From positions 3,545,680 through 3,609,679 of the forward strand of contig OZ037767.1 of NCBI GenBank assembly GCA_964035545.1: a stretch of DNA of 64,000 bases, in the 5' to 3' direction. Source of the DNA: Bugula neritina (Eukaryota > Animalia > Bryozoa). The notes under the pieces were generated by a model that saw only the letters and a list, made by a program, of their open reading frames with translations, did not search any database and was not told the DNA's origin. This document shows, piece after piece, positions 1 through 13,800 of the stretch. Both the position numbers and the translations under genes were made by a program. Numbering within the stretch: position 1 is the stretch's first letter; every line of letters begins with the position of its first letter.

Positions 1-162
1 TTTGCTCAAACTAGCTTCATTTTCTTTTTATAGTTTTATAAAAATATTTTCTCTCCAAGTTGCAATATAAATGTCTTGCCATTTCACTTCTGAGTATAAT
101 CACATACATATATACTGGCTGGTTACATATAAAAAGGTAAGTTAAACTTATACTTGCTGTAG

Positions 163-3160
163 CCGACAATGGTGCCTTTAAAAAACTGGGTCCAGTGTCT
201 AGCCTTGGATCTCACCATACTCCTGGCTCAGGGCCGGCTCCACCACGCCGTCGACACAGGACTACTTTCACACAAGAACAATTACAAGTTAGTTTAACCA
301 ATGATCACACACTAATATTTAGCTATCATTGTTATTTTTATTTTTCAACTTTAAAATAAACTTTATATGTTAGTATTTATCCCAATTTAAAAATATATTA
401 GCTGTTATATTATCATATTGTGATTGCCTTGCAAATTTTATGTTTTCTTGGTTTTATTTTACACAAAGAGTTTTATAAGAATGACTTTGTATGACACAAC
501 ACTCATCTTCTCCCACAGTCCGGTTAGCTTTGCCTTAAAACTCTATTCTAAATAGTAATATTTTTTCTACTACAAAACTCATAAATCTTTTAAAGAAAAT
601 TTTTTTAAGTGGTAACAATTTAACTTTTTACTGAGTTTTGCAGAAGTTTAAAATGCTTTGTTTCAGAGACTTTATTATAAAAATTTCTCTCTTATTTTAA
701 TTGAATCTCATCAATTTAGGTCACTTTTAGCTTTAAAATAGTATCTCTTACTTAGCAAAATTATTTTGTTTGAATGAACTAAATTTATAGTTAATTGCAT
801 GCTGATTATAAATCCATTCTTATACTAAAATTTGTTCATTTATAAATATAGGCATAGATAGAAATGCTGACTATGATGTATATAATAAATGCGTAATAAT
901 ATGATATCTATAATATGTGTAATATGTATAATATGTAGAATATGTGTAATATGTATAATATGTGTAATATGTGTAATATATTATATAATATCACATATAT
1001 TTCAGGAGTTAGAATCGGCCTTTAGTAAAAGTCACTATCCAGATATTTACGTGAGAGAAGAATTAGCCCGAGTTACTAAACTCAACGAGGCTAGAATTCA
1101 GGTACCGGTGAACAAATATCATAGCGGTTGTCACAAAATATGATTTTATTCCATAGGCAGTAGCTTTTGTTTCACTCATATGTATTATGATATATCACAT
1201 ATGTTACAAAAAATTTATGGGTATTTCTTGGAGGCACAAAACTACACAGCAGTGCTGCATAATATGCTTTTCAATATACTACCTTTTCTTAATATATAAT
1301 ATGCACATTATACACTATAGTTAAGTTATGTAAACAGCTGGGTTAGCGATCGCTTTTCTTTTTTAGAAGAAAGTATTGAATAAACTAACAGTAACTGATA
1401 AAGATTATGTTATTTTATTAAAGCAAAGTGATTGGATATTTCTTTTTCTTTGCAAATAATTTTTATGAACTATTAAATTGTTGTTCTCTGTTGTTTAAGC
1501 TAATTTTGATAAATTGCAAAAATATTTACTTGTAATAAAAATATACATCTGCAAGCTAAATATGAATTATCACCTCTCAGACCTAAGCAATCATATTAAT
1601 TTTAATTTGTTTCATAAAAATTAATTTAAATAAAATCACCCAAGGTTAAGAAAACTTTGGTATTATAATTTATAAAAAAGATGCATTTTAATTGATTTTG
1701 TTGTTAGTAGTTGCATGTTTGATTCATCTACTGGTACAGCAACACAGCAATTAATGAGAGGTGCATAGGCTATGTAAAGTATGTGTAGAACTTGCAGCAA
1801 ATGATATTAGTTATAAATACTGTTAGGAGTCAAATGTATGTGTGTTATGCACTGTGTATGCTTTCTATGTACTGTATATGTTTTCTATGTACTTTGTATG
1901 CTTTCTATGTACTGTAAATGTGCTATGTACTGTAAGTGTGTGCTATGTACTGTAAGTGTGTGCTATGTACTGTAAGTGTGCTGAGTACAGTAAGTGTGCT
2001 ATATACTGTAAGTGTGTGTTATATATTGTAGGTTTGGTTTCAAAACAGACGAGCGAAACACAGGAAGTTAGAAAAACAATCTAAAAATCTGCCATCAACC
2101 GTAATGCCTGGATGTAGCGGCATGATGAGAAACATTTACCCGACTAGCGCCCCTCGGAGTTACTATCCAGCGTATCCAGCTAATGTTGGTAACCCGATGG
2201 CCAGGTATCCAGCTCAGGTAGGTGGTACATCTGTCAGTATTTCTAGCACAGGTTATTTATGTGACATTATGCTATAGTATATGATATGTTGTATGATATT
2301 ACAGTGTAGAATATGAAGTTATCTGGTATTACTTTATTGCTACATATAATGTGATATTATAAAGTATTAACACTATAATCCGTTATATTATAATATGACC
2401 ATACATGTCATTATATTACAATTCGTTAATAATATGACACCGAGAAGCATTATACTAAATGATACTACATAATATTAAAATATTATACACCCAATTAAAT
2501 AATTTGTATTTATGACAGTTTTAGCATATTTGTTAAATTACTATTCACTTTGCTCATGCTAATAATTTGATATAAGAAAATGTAGACCATTGATTACCTG
2601 TTTCACAACTATAACATATAATATATTGCAATATAACAAAATATAATATAACACAATATAATATATACATATAGTAACACGGCACAGCACTATAATGTAA
2701 TATACGAGTAATATAAGTCTATTAGCTTTCCTTGCAACATACCACTTCTATGTATTTAATTTCTGCAACTACTGCTAACTCCAGGCCAACGTCTATGCTC
2801 CATCCATGACACAATTTCCTATGGCGGGAGGAAGTAGACAGGGCATGACTGGTCATGTGACCACTGACTACATCACCGCTTTGGTAAGTTCTTCACAGCT
2901 TTTTATATAGTAAACTAGTAGACTGTATTGAATAACTCAAATCGACATTCAGCTTTTCATCTTATATATTATACTCTAGAAAAATAAGCAGTTTTAACAT
3001 TAAATTGTATTTTTCACTTAAACATTCTACTCACTCTATTGTTCCTTATTTGAAGTTCACAATTGTAATAATATTTTGGATTATATTTATATATGCAGCT
3101 ACATTTATATTTTATTATATATTATATAATGTATATATATGTACACATAAATAAATATAA

Positions 3161-3243
<83 letters not shown>

Positions 3244-3526
3244 AATGAATATAAATAAACAAATGTATGTATAAATATATATATAATATTATATGGTAAT
3301 ATATCATAATTTAATTTATTACATAATTATATACAACAACAGAAACAATAAAATAATAGGATAGCCAATCATAACAAATGCCTAGAATATTATAACTTGA
3401 TATGAAAATACTTTGTCTTTGAAGGATGGACACACGTCTGCTGCCGATGATGATTGGTATAACAAAGGTTTGACAGCGTTGAGGATGAACAACACACATG
3501 CTAGTATGCTGCAGTACCAGACGTGA
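163..3526 (+). CDS. Prop: PRD-class (Q50) homeobox protein, Prop/PROP1-like; 5'-partial, 5 exons in window
   Basis: Exons 163-287, 1006-1101, 2032-2217, 2785-2883, 3425-3526 (TGA), all AG/GT-flanked and phase-compatible. Spliced homeodomain [14 protein letters not shown]|[32 protein letters not shown]|[12 protein letters not shown] has the PRD-class intron between residues 46/47. The RRRHRTTF start and SHYPDIY.REELAR segment resemble the Prop family as I recall it. The first exon starts in phase 1, so the start codon is upstream of the window. Confidence 0.88.
900..990. repeat. 9-bp minisatellite (ATATGTGTA/ATATGTATA) just upstream of a homeobox exon acceptor
   Basis: Tandem aatatgtgt/aatatgtat units seen directly; explains the spurious ICVICI translation of ORF 889..1143. 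Confidence 0.9.
1845..2031. repeat. ~20-bp minisatellite (TATGTACTGTAAGTGTGTGC) ending at the acceptor of a homeobox exon
   Basis: About 9 degenerate tandem units; the last unit contains the functional AG at 2030-2031. Confidence 0.9.
3164..3234. repeat. (TA)n microsatellite
   Basis: Uninterrupted TA run of about 70 bp in the last Prop intron. Confidence 0.97.
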
Positions 3527-5051
3527 TGGTGCTTTATCTTCATGTTTAATGGAAAGGAGTTTGTCTTCATTGTAAATTATTATATAGAGAAGATGGTGCA
3601 GGAATTACATAATATCTCACGTCTTACTCTTGTGCGTTAGTATGTTGGAATAGAGGGGTGATGGGGGAAAGAACATTTGAACATGCCTTATAGTCTAGTC
3701 ATCTTAAATTATATCCTAATTTCTATATCAGAGTTGAATTTATATTCCATATAATTTATTTCTTTCACATATTGTTATTGGTAATTTTTTAGTTTGTGCA
3801 TCTTTATTTTGTGCTATAGCTTCTATATATTAGTTTTATGAAATAGAGTCTATAAGTGGTATCTATAGCCTATAGTATGTATTCTATAGTCTATAGTATG
3901 TAGTCTATATGCTATAGTCTATAGCATATGTTCTATATTCTATAGTTTATAGCATATAGCATTTATAGTATATGGACTATAATCTATAGTTTATATAAGT
4001 GGTGTTGTAATATTTTTGGTAACAATTTTTTATTTAGGAAATTTTATCATAGATATTTTCATTATTGTTACTATTTAAAATTATGTAATGTTGTTAAAAT
4101 TTTGTGTTTAAACTAAATAATGATCTGTAAATATGTGTAAGGTAATGCATTATACTAATGGATATTTTCCAGGATTCTATTATACTTTAAAAATTCTTAA
4201 AAATTGATATAAAACTATAAAAATTTTAACAAATTGTTGAGTTAATTAATTTAATAATATTAATTTTATGATCTCCTTCAACTTTTTAATGCATATTCCA
4301 TCAGATGGAAAATATATTAATTCTTAAAAGAGTTGTACTTTCAATTCGAAAACCCCAAACCCCTAGTGGTAGATCCAGAACATAAATTAAAGCTGAAATC
4401 TCACAACACTTTCATTGTTTACTAGTTTGGTAACTTAAAATTGTTTCAAACCTGCAAATAAAGTTTCATGAAAAAAAGTCAAATTTTTATTGGATAAACT
4501 ATAAAATCACATATACTTAAAAAACTTTAAGTCCTAAATGTAATTTTATATAATATGTAAAAAAAATCTGGTAATTTCCAAAAAATGCTCTGGGCAATTG
4601 TGTTTCTAATTTTAATTTTGAGTAATTATTGATTAAAAAGTCTTTGGTTTTCGTGATTGCGACTTACAGCAGGGAATGCAACTCCTAACACCAGCTACTA
4701 ACTATATTATATTAAAATCAACTATTCTAGTTTGACTACACAAAACATGTGTGGCTGTCTAGGGGTGATCTAACAACATCTATATAAAATACATTATTTG
4801 AAACAAGAAAAAATACTATCATCATATCTAAATTAAATTAGGCTTTCATCACTCTTGACAGAATCACTTATGTTATATGTACACTTCTACTAGCCTGTCG
4901 TAATATTACCGACTCCATTGTTTTTCATTGCATTTTTAAATCCTGAAGTGCGCAACAACTCCTACAATTTCTTGCAAATACCCCTGGCATAAAATAATTG
5001 TTTTTAATCTATATATTAAATTAAGCATTGTGATGCTGTGATTTTCCAGTA

Positions 5052-5124
5052 GCCCCTATGGTGTAATGAGTAGTATGTTGCCTCGCAAGTTGGAGGTCTT
5101 CTGTTCAAATCCTGGTAGGGGGCA
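5052..5124 (+). mobile_element. tRNA-like sequence (tRNA-derived SINE head or tRNA pseudogene)
   Basis: GCCCCTA...TAGGGGGC acceptor-stem-like ends, A-box-like TGGTGTAATGAG and B-box-like GTTCAAATCC. Anticodon and T stems pair poorly. Confidence 0.6.
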
Positions 5125-7806
5125 TAAGTTTTACACCGATCGCCCTCAAATGGCTCAATGAATCAAAGGCTAAGAAATATGTTTATGTAGATTGTAGGCC
5201 ATAAATTCTTCCTGCAGCAAAGCAGACTTATGGCATGGCTGTAAATCATACTATACAGTCTTCAATCAAATGTCCTCCTAAAGCAGATGCTACAAACTTT
5301 CTTCTTTCACTAGCCATTAAATAACAATAACTAATTATAAAATTGTCTGCTTCAACCCTTTTTATGGTCAATTTATTGTAGTGGACCCGTGTGACCATCA
5401 CTGTACACTTTCACAATTAGCGAGTCTTTGAAAGGCACTCAAATGTACTGAAATATTATAAGTTTAATGAGTTTAGCTGTAAATTCCCACCCACATGCTC
5501 CGGTAATCATTCATTGATGTGAGGGTTTAGCTTTATTATTTACTCTCCGAAACAGACCAGAGCAGTAAAATAATATAATGCATACAGAGTGTATAGTCTG
5601 GAGCAGCTGTTCAGTATGCCAAGAATCTTAGTTTTAGTTAGAGGAATGCAATTCTCTGCCACAAAACAAGCCCTCCTTACATAATTGTAAGTTATACAGT
5701 TGTCTGTGTAAGACGATATAGCATTGGTGGACATTAAATATTTTTGCAAAGAAACATTTTTGCAAATCTTGAATGGTATTTAAAATAGAATATGTTGTAT
5801 TATAGGTCTTCAAACTATACAATTATAAGACTAGAAAGGTTTTCCTAAACCATAACTATTGTTCAACCTTTCAATGTTTATGTATTAAATGTAGCAGTTT
5901 TCTGTCAACGTCTATCTAAGTCTTAAATGAAGTTTGTAAGTTTTATTAGAAATAAACTTTTAACCAAATAATATTTTGAACACCATTATATAATCAACTA
6001 GAACAGTCATAATTTCAAATTAGCCTTTTCACTTCATTAAATTGATGTGTATTAGTGCAAAAGTAGAGCAACTGGCTAACTATAAAAAGTATTAATATTC
6101 ATATCCTCACAGAGCAGTTTGTATAAGATATTAGCAGCCACACCTTAACTTTCAAAGATATAATCTTTAGATAATAATTTCATAAAATTGAATTATATAT
6201 GCACTATAGAGTTAATACTCAACGCTAAGATATAATATAATAACTAATTGCACTACATTCTCATTTCTTGTAAGTTTCATACATTTAATTACTACAAGGC
6301 GCTGCGGGCTATGAAAGAATTGGCTCTCATTTGAGAAAATGCTTGAACAATGCTGCTCCACCCTTTTACAATAAAGAGTAGGTATAACTGCACTTTAGGA
6401 AACCTCGGGTAGTCTAGAAATTTCACTGCAGAGAAGTTTCTGAAAGCTAAAACATTTGGTATATTTGCAAATTGCACATTCAAATACTTTTCTCAATTTT
6501 AATTTAAAAATTTGTTTTTTTTATTAAGCATGAGAAAAAGTTTTAAAACTTTTGTTACAAGGGAATTAATATGTACGCCTGTACACTTTATAACCTTCTA
6601 ACAACAAAAATTTGAAAGTTAAATAAAATTGTTTTGTATGCAGTCTCAACTATTTAAATTTGTTCAAAACAAAATACTAACTTTGTAAAAATTTACTGTA
6701 TTTATCTCTCGTTTGATTTAGTGCGGACTACGTTGTGAGTTGAAATATTATGAACACTTTATGTGTATCACCAAAATATTGGTAATTTTATGTTACCAAT
6801 CTGTAGTATTCCTTGTCTAGTTAGGTTCTTATAACTTCTCAAAAATGTTTTCATTAAAAAATACCCAGTTTTCATTTCAACTTTAAACGATTTTTAGTTT
6901 AAAATATAGCTAGCTTTGTGGAAAGTCATTTCCTAAACTGATATTATTTTACAGAGCAGCCCAACCTCGTTGCAAACTATCTTTTTTCTGTCAACTAAGG
7001 GAAAAAGAATAAACTGAACATGACTCAATATGGAGTTGTCACCTCAAATTAATTAGTTTATGGTATGCTGATACTAGGAAAATATGAATATTTAAAATTG
7101 GTTGAAGAATAATATTATATTTGCCATTTCCCTTGGGTATAATAAAAGACAAGACTAGCAAATGCTTATCTTGCAGTTGATGGGTAAAACAGATGCGCTG
7201 CCGTTATCTAGCCCCACATATAATTAATGTAGTGATTACCTTTCCTGTGTAATATGCTTGTATTGTTATGTTCATTAATTTACCTGCGTATCTATATACA
7301 GGATGCTGTGAGAAATAGCTGCTACTAATTATATATAAAATACTGTCTGTTGCAGTTTAACCCTGTTATGATGAGCATGACCTTTAGCCAGATATGATAC
7401 TATGTCCAATTATTAGGTCAGTGTTTACTATAGAATGATATAATAATTATAATTTCTTTTATTTTATTGCCATTATATTTAAGCTTAGACTTATTGAAGC
7501 AAAATTCATGAATGGTTTCTTAGCAGATCTCACCCGTTTTGCAAATAATTATATAAAATCTAGAATGCCTTCATCATTATTTTATCATTAACTAGAATAA
7601 ATAATTAGGTTTGTAAAATAGTCGGAGGCATGAAAAGTGGGAGGAGCTTAGTTGAAGTTTACAAAGCGTATATTAAACCTGCTACTGCATCATTCTGCAT
7701 ACAATGACCACGTGTGTAAAGCAGGAATGAGGTTATACGGAGACTAGGCTCAACAAAGTCAACAGAGAAGATAATTTAAAGAGAACATTAATGGAATCAT
7801 AATATT

Positions 7807-10800
7807 ATGGCAAAGACATTTGCTCGTAGCTATCTGTTTCTGCTAACATTTTTACACACGTTTTCAATGCTGTTGTGTGTTTCAACGTACTACAATCACG
7901 GATTACTGACAAATCAAAACTTTGAAGCATCAGTGAGATCAAGAACTAAACGAGATGTTATACCAGAAATCATACACTCAAACAGACACCGTCACAAGAA
8001 AACCAGAATTAGAAATAAACCTCTCAACTTAGACAGGTTCTGTTCTTTGCATCATAGTCATGTTTTTTGTCAAAAAATAGGGCGTAATAGAGTTAAAAGG
8101 ACTATACATTCCAGTGCTTCCTATCAACTTAGGACTGGTGCTACACCCAATGCATTTACTAGCAATAGTGGAGGTTTGTTAAACTCTCAGATAAATATAG
8201 CTGACTTAAGAATCAGCATTTTACAGAGCTTTCAGCAGCAGCCGTCTAATCAATTAGGAACGCATCTATTTACCAACCATGATCGGCAGCCAGAGACGAC
8301 TCCTGACTCCTCAACTTTAGTGACTACAACACCGACAGCCACAGCTACAACTGGTAGACTAACTAGACACAATCATAGTATTTCCGACCACCATGCTGAA
8401 TCTCCAAACTCTAACGACCCAGACTGTCCCGCTGGATATTGCAGGGATGGCGTGTGTCACTTTGATTATATCCGCCAGTCACCAACATGTCTGTGAGTAC
8501 TAGAGTAGTTATGATTCGTGCAAGTGGCTATGAAACAGCCAATCAATTTTTTAAATACATCTTAGAAACAAAAATAACAATTGGTACAAGTGTGTAACTG
8601 CTCAACCTAATGCTCTGTACTAAATATACACTCCTTTTCTTCATTTGATGAAAGTAAAAATGTTATGCAAACAGTGTGTTATCTTTAGTTCAAGCTATAA
8701 CTCTCTATGGATATTTGACTCTCAGTTATAGACATGTAGTGTGAAAAACAGCAGTGAATGGCTATCAATGCCGTATAATTTATCACCTTAAAATATGTTA
8801 TTATGTTTCACATCTAGACAGCCAGGGTTGTATTTTTCTCACTAAAATATTCAGGAATTCCAAACAATCCTGACGACATATTTGAGCAAAAAGATGGCTG
8901 ATTTGGCTAGTTTATTATAAAGCAACTGAGAACGTAAATAGTAAACTTAACTCAACTGTAACAACCAACGAGTTTAAAGCTAATGATAAAACTTGTAGTA
9001 ATCGCCGATTATTTGCTCTGCACCCATTCTTATCTTTTGTTTTAGTAACGCTGCTGAATAAACTTATCAGCTACTGAGTTCACAGAACTGATAGCTTGCA
9101 TTATAAAAGTAGTTACAAAATTGATAATATAGCCTTCCAGCAATTTTACTTAATCTCACAATGGAAGATGGCAAAAATTGTTTATTTAACCATTTCTGTA
9201 CTATAAGTAGTGGCTGGTTTTAGTGCACAGCACATTATGTTTTTCAACTGCAGCTATAATAGTGCTCAAGCTTGTGTTTAATCAACTGTCCAATATGTTA
9301 ACTTGTTAGACAGCAGCTGCTAAGCAAGGATTGCCAATTGCCTTCAGGCAGCTATATTAATTCTCTAATTATTTTGTATATAAACAGTTGTGCAAAAAGC
9401 ATTCATAAGCTACTTGCTGACTGAGACATTCCAATATAACTGCTGCTATATGATAAAACTAGAAATAATAACTCAAAATCAAGATTATATAAATTTTCTA
9501 TTATTATTACTGACTAAATAGAGCATAAAGAAGTGCCCAAACAAAATCTATGGTAACTTATAAGTTTTGCAAGGATTGGTACATAAACAACATAGCATAA
9601 GATATACCGAAGCTGAGTGCTTCTTAACATTTAGCAGGTCTAGTGAATGAGTATTGATATTAGAGAAATACATTGTTTTAATAACAATGTATAAGACAAA
9701 GAGAGGTTTGGGCAGGCTTCATGGTAAACACTTGAAGAATAGAGTAATACCGTTGAATGAGAGCATAATATCTTCACTTGCACAGTTCTCTTACTATACT
9801 CAAGATATTTTTCATTTTGTAGTTTTTCGAGCATGTAAACTGGCACTTTTATAGTAAGGTTTAACTGAAATCTATAAATAGCACTACGTACACTTTTATT
9901 TACATAAGCTGATGAGAAAAGTGAAGTTTTACAGAACCTTTTGATATTTTTAATGGGATGTGTGAGAGAGTTTGTTTGGATAACATTATTGTGTATATAA
10001 TCTGCCCGCTGCTGTAAACATGACTGTACAAAAGCAAAGGTGAAGTTTTAAATATGTCAGGGTCATGTAATTGAACACGTTTTGCTAAAATTGACAGTTT
10101 TCTCATTTAGTGTAGAATCTATACTTCTGCAGGCCTTTGCTAGTCTGAGCACCAAGCAAACTGAACAGACCCCTCATAAACTTATATATAAGTAAAAACT
10201 AAATTATTTGTGCTTTAGCACGTGTTCTCGAATTGCTATTAGTAGCAGCATAATGTACCCATTGATCTTAACAGAATTCAGGCTCTTAACCTAGATGTAG
10301 GGCTCACAGTACTACATTAGTTTTGATTTTACTGTTTTTAGCCATTAGCTGTCAGGTTGATATATCTTAGCAGCAGTAATAGTTTACTGTTTAAGCAATA
10401 TTACGGTTTATATATGCACTTTGAAACACCCGTTTCCTATTTAATTTGCATAGTATTTACTACTACACTAAGCACAATGGAACACTCCCTTATTCATAAC
10501 AAATAATTCGGTGTTAAATTGTCTTTAACCCGTGCTTTGTATTTCACTAATTCAAGCCGTTCATTAAACAAACACATAATATGTCTCCCAGAAAGAAATT
10601 GGCTCTCAAACCACCTGGTAGGCTTTCCTTCACCTTTATGCAAGCTTTTTGGTCGGCAGCCAAAATTAAGAAAGCTTTACAGCTGCTGCTGACTTTCTGT
10701 AACAGAACTAATTGGGTGGTAATTTTTTCAATAATCACATCCTTCGATTAGCAACTAACAATGGTACCTTTTAACTGCTGTTTTACAATAGCTAGACAGG

Positions 10801-13800
10801 AAGCGAGATTAAATAACCTGGATAATTTGCAAACAAAAGTTACTCCAAAGTCCAGAGTACTGAGCTATATAGAAATTATATAAATGGGTTTATATATAGC
10901 ATGCAGAGTGTGCTACTTTAGCCCTACTCAAGGATAAGCTACTATAACAACTATTTTTCCGTATAACTGGCTCCATTGATTATAGAAGCCATTAGCATTC
11001 GAGAAGTAGTAGTAAACTTGTGAATGTATGTTGTCACAGCGAGCGAAACAATGAGCCCAAAAAGATTTACTGATGCATGTAGATGATACTAAATGAATGG
11101 GTTTGGTGAAGAGTTAGAAATTTTATCACTTGAGCAAATAACAAAACAATGGGACCGGATCTGCTAGCTAAAGATTAGCTATTAACTTTACAGTAGTTGT
11201 TAGACCAATATGGCTTCCATTACTTGCACCAATTTCTTATTTATTGAGTATGCAAATTTAAAATCAAGTTTTTCTAAAAATATAATTTCTCTGGTTTAAT
11301 TTATTTGGGCTCATTAATATGACGTTAAATTTATTTTTCAAAGATTAAAGTTGATTTATACCTCTATTTGGGTACATAAAATACAAACACTCACATCACA
11401 AACACTTACCCAGCAACCTAGCCTCTTTTGTTGTAACATAATCAAATCAGCTTTAGGATCTTAAATAGTTGTGTCATTGAATGGTTCAGAAAATGAATAA
11501 GCTGAAATGACTAGATATATGACTAAACCCCAACCATTCACACAATCTTCCAAATATCAACTCCTGCTCTTGACAATTAAACAAACAAAGATGTCAAGCT
11601 GCATAAAAACTAACTATTTTTTAGTCTATGCACCATAACTTGTATTTTAGAAAAGAAAAAAGGTATAAAGTGGATAAATGAGTAATATGGGGATATTGAT
11701 GAACTATGTAAACTGAGTAGTACGACTCAAAACAAGAGTGACTCATAGTGAGTGATTAGTCACTGTAAACTGAAGCTGGAATAACAACAATGTTATCACC
11801 ATGAGACAAAGCAGGGCTGTAGTGAACTGATGCAAATATAATTTTATTCAGGATCTGAACAAAGAATTTAACTAATATATTTTAATAATTTTAGATGTCC
11901 TATCCATAAGACAGGAAACAGGTGTGAAAGAGAGTCAAGGAGAAGAACACTCATCCAATCAAATCCATACGACGATTATTCGGTAGGTGTATCTCGAAAA
12001 GTTCTTATTGAACTCTAAATTTTACCCAAAACATGCATAAACATTACAGTTTCATGACCTTCTTTCAATTTCACTAGGAACAAAACAGAAAATGGAGGTA
12101 TGAAAATTGTCAAAGCTAACTAGTATCAATGTTTAGGTGAACCTGCAGCTAAGCTAAATAAGACCTGAAGGTTTAGAGTTTACAGAACTTTTACCCACTG
12201 ATACTGACAATAACAGCTGTTGAATAGCTAGCTCATTCATTGCATCCTGTCTAAATTGTGGATCCAATGATAAATGCCATTCATATAGTGCATGTGCTGT
12301 TGTAGACATCTTTAGTAGCCTTAGTATCTTAACGTTCACAGTAATACATCAATGGTCTAGTACTTAGTACCCATTGCGCATGTATGTATCTTGTAGACAA
12401 ACAGAACTCTGCCATTCATGTCTGGATCAAACTGCTTTAGTGAGCATGTGAAGTTGTAGTGAAACTGCTTTTAGCATGCTATCTTTACCGTAGTATCTTT
12501 ATAGTTCTTTTAGAATAGTAGGTAGGATATTCTGGCAAAAAGTAGTATAAATATGAATTTTCATTTTATTTTATTTGTATAAGAGATTCTTAGATCACCT
12601 CAAGTTAAGGAAAATAAGCATTGATCTTCAAATTCAAAACCTCATTCACTAAAAGTGGTTTACAAAACTGCCTTTTCGAGAGTTTATGTTTTCTGTTCTT
12701 TCCTGGCTAAGAAAAGTTCGAAAATGATCAAACTCTGAAGTAAACCTGAATGAAAAGTTGCGATAATGTTCATTAATACATTGTCAAAGCCCACCCAAAT
12801 GCATACCCCAATGAATTGTCATATATCACAACGCAGACTCTTGAAAGTCTATCAATGATCAATTCATCAAATATCTTTCAGACCACTGTCTATTGTTTCT
12901 TACAATTAGAGCATTTCACGGTACAGAATCAAACACACTTAAGGTGCGATTTAATTACAGTTTTGTTTGCTTGTGTAGATATAACTTGAAGAAGTAGTAG
13001 TTTTCCAGTGCTTGTTCTAACATTAATACCAGATAACAAGGCAACGAGTCTGAGTCAACTTTTTCTGCGGTCATGCTGGGACCTTATTTATTAAGATAAA
13101 AAGCAAATTGGCGAGAGAAGCTGCCGCAAGTAGCATGTAAGAGTTACAATAGCTTGAGAAATGTTTGAGTCTCGGTGCAGAATGAATGCAAATAGCACTG
13201 AGCAAACAGCTTTAGAAATCATTAGCGAGGTTGTTGAAGACCTAGCATTTGCTGATAATTCTATATACAAGTATATTTATTGTTTTACTTAGGCAATACC
13301 ATGCAACTCACTAAAAAACTGAAACTGATAAGAAACTTTATCAGTTATCCTAATTTTAGTCTAGCATTACATGAGTCATCTAAATCTCACTGGCTGCTGC
13401 CAATTTGTACTGAAATACACAGCTCAGCTCTTGGACTGGCTCCTACTGATTGAAATTTATACACTATAATTAGTACAGTAGCTAAGAAAATGTGCATCAA
13501 TATAAAGAAATTGATAAAAACCTCTGCTTTAGGTGAAAAAACATAACAAATTTAATTATTTCAACACATGAGTTATGACTTGTGAATATTATAAAGCACT
13601 ATTTGCAATAAAACTAGTACGGTGCTGCCATTGCAAATAAAATGGTAATACACCATGCGAAACATACCATAGGTAAAATCAACTGTGAAAAAAGTGTGGT
13701 TGAGGAATGCAGGTTTTGATCAAATGAAATGCTAAAAGTTCAGCAAACGCAGTTTTTTGCTAGTTAATAATCACGCACTACTAGCTAGTGGCTAGACCAA

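Noticed and set aside
72-136. Possible first Prop exon (ATG at 72, AAG|GTAAG donor)
   Set aside because: It would need a 26-nt intron and ends in phase 0, whereas exon 163 needs phase 1.
5052-5124. Functional tRNA gene
   Set aside because: Anticodon and T stems do not pair properly; kept only as tRNA-like.
7630-7720. TATA-like and CACGTG motifs upstream of the EGF gene
   Set aside because: Short motifs are expected by chance in AT-rich DNA; no TSS data.
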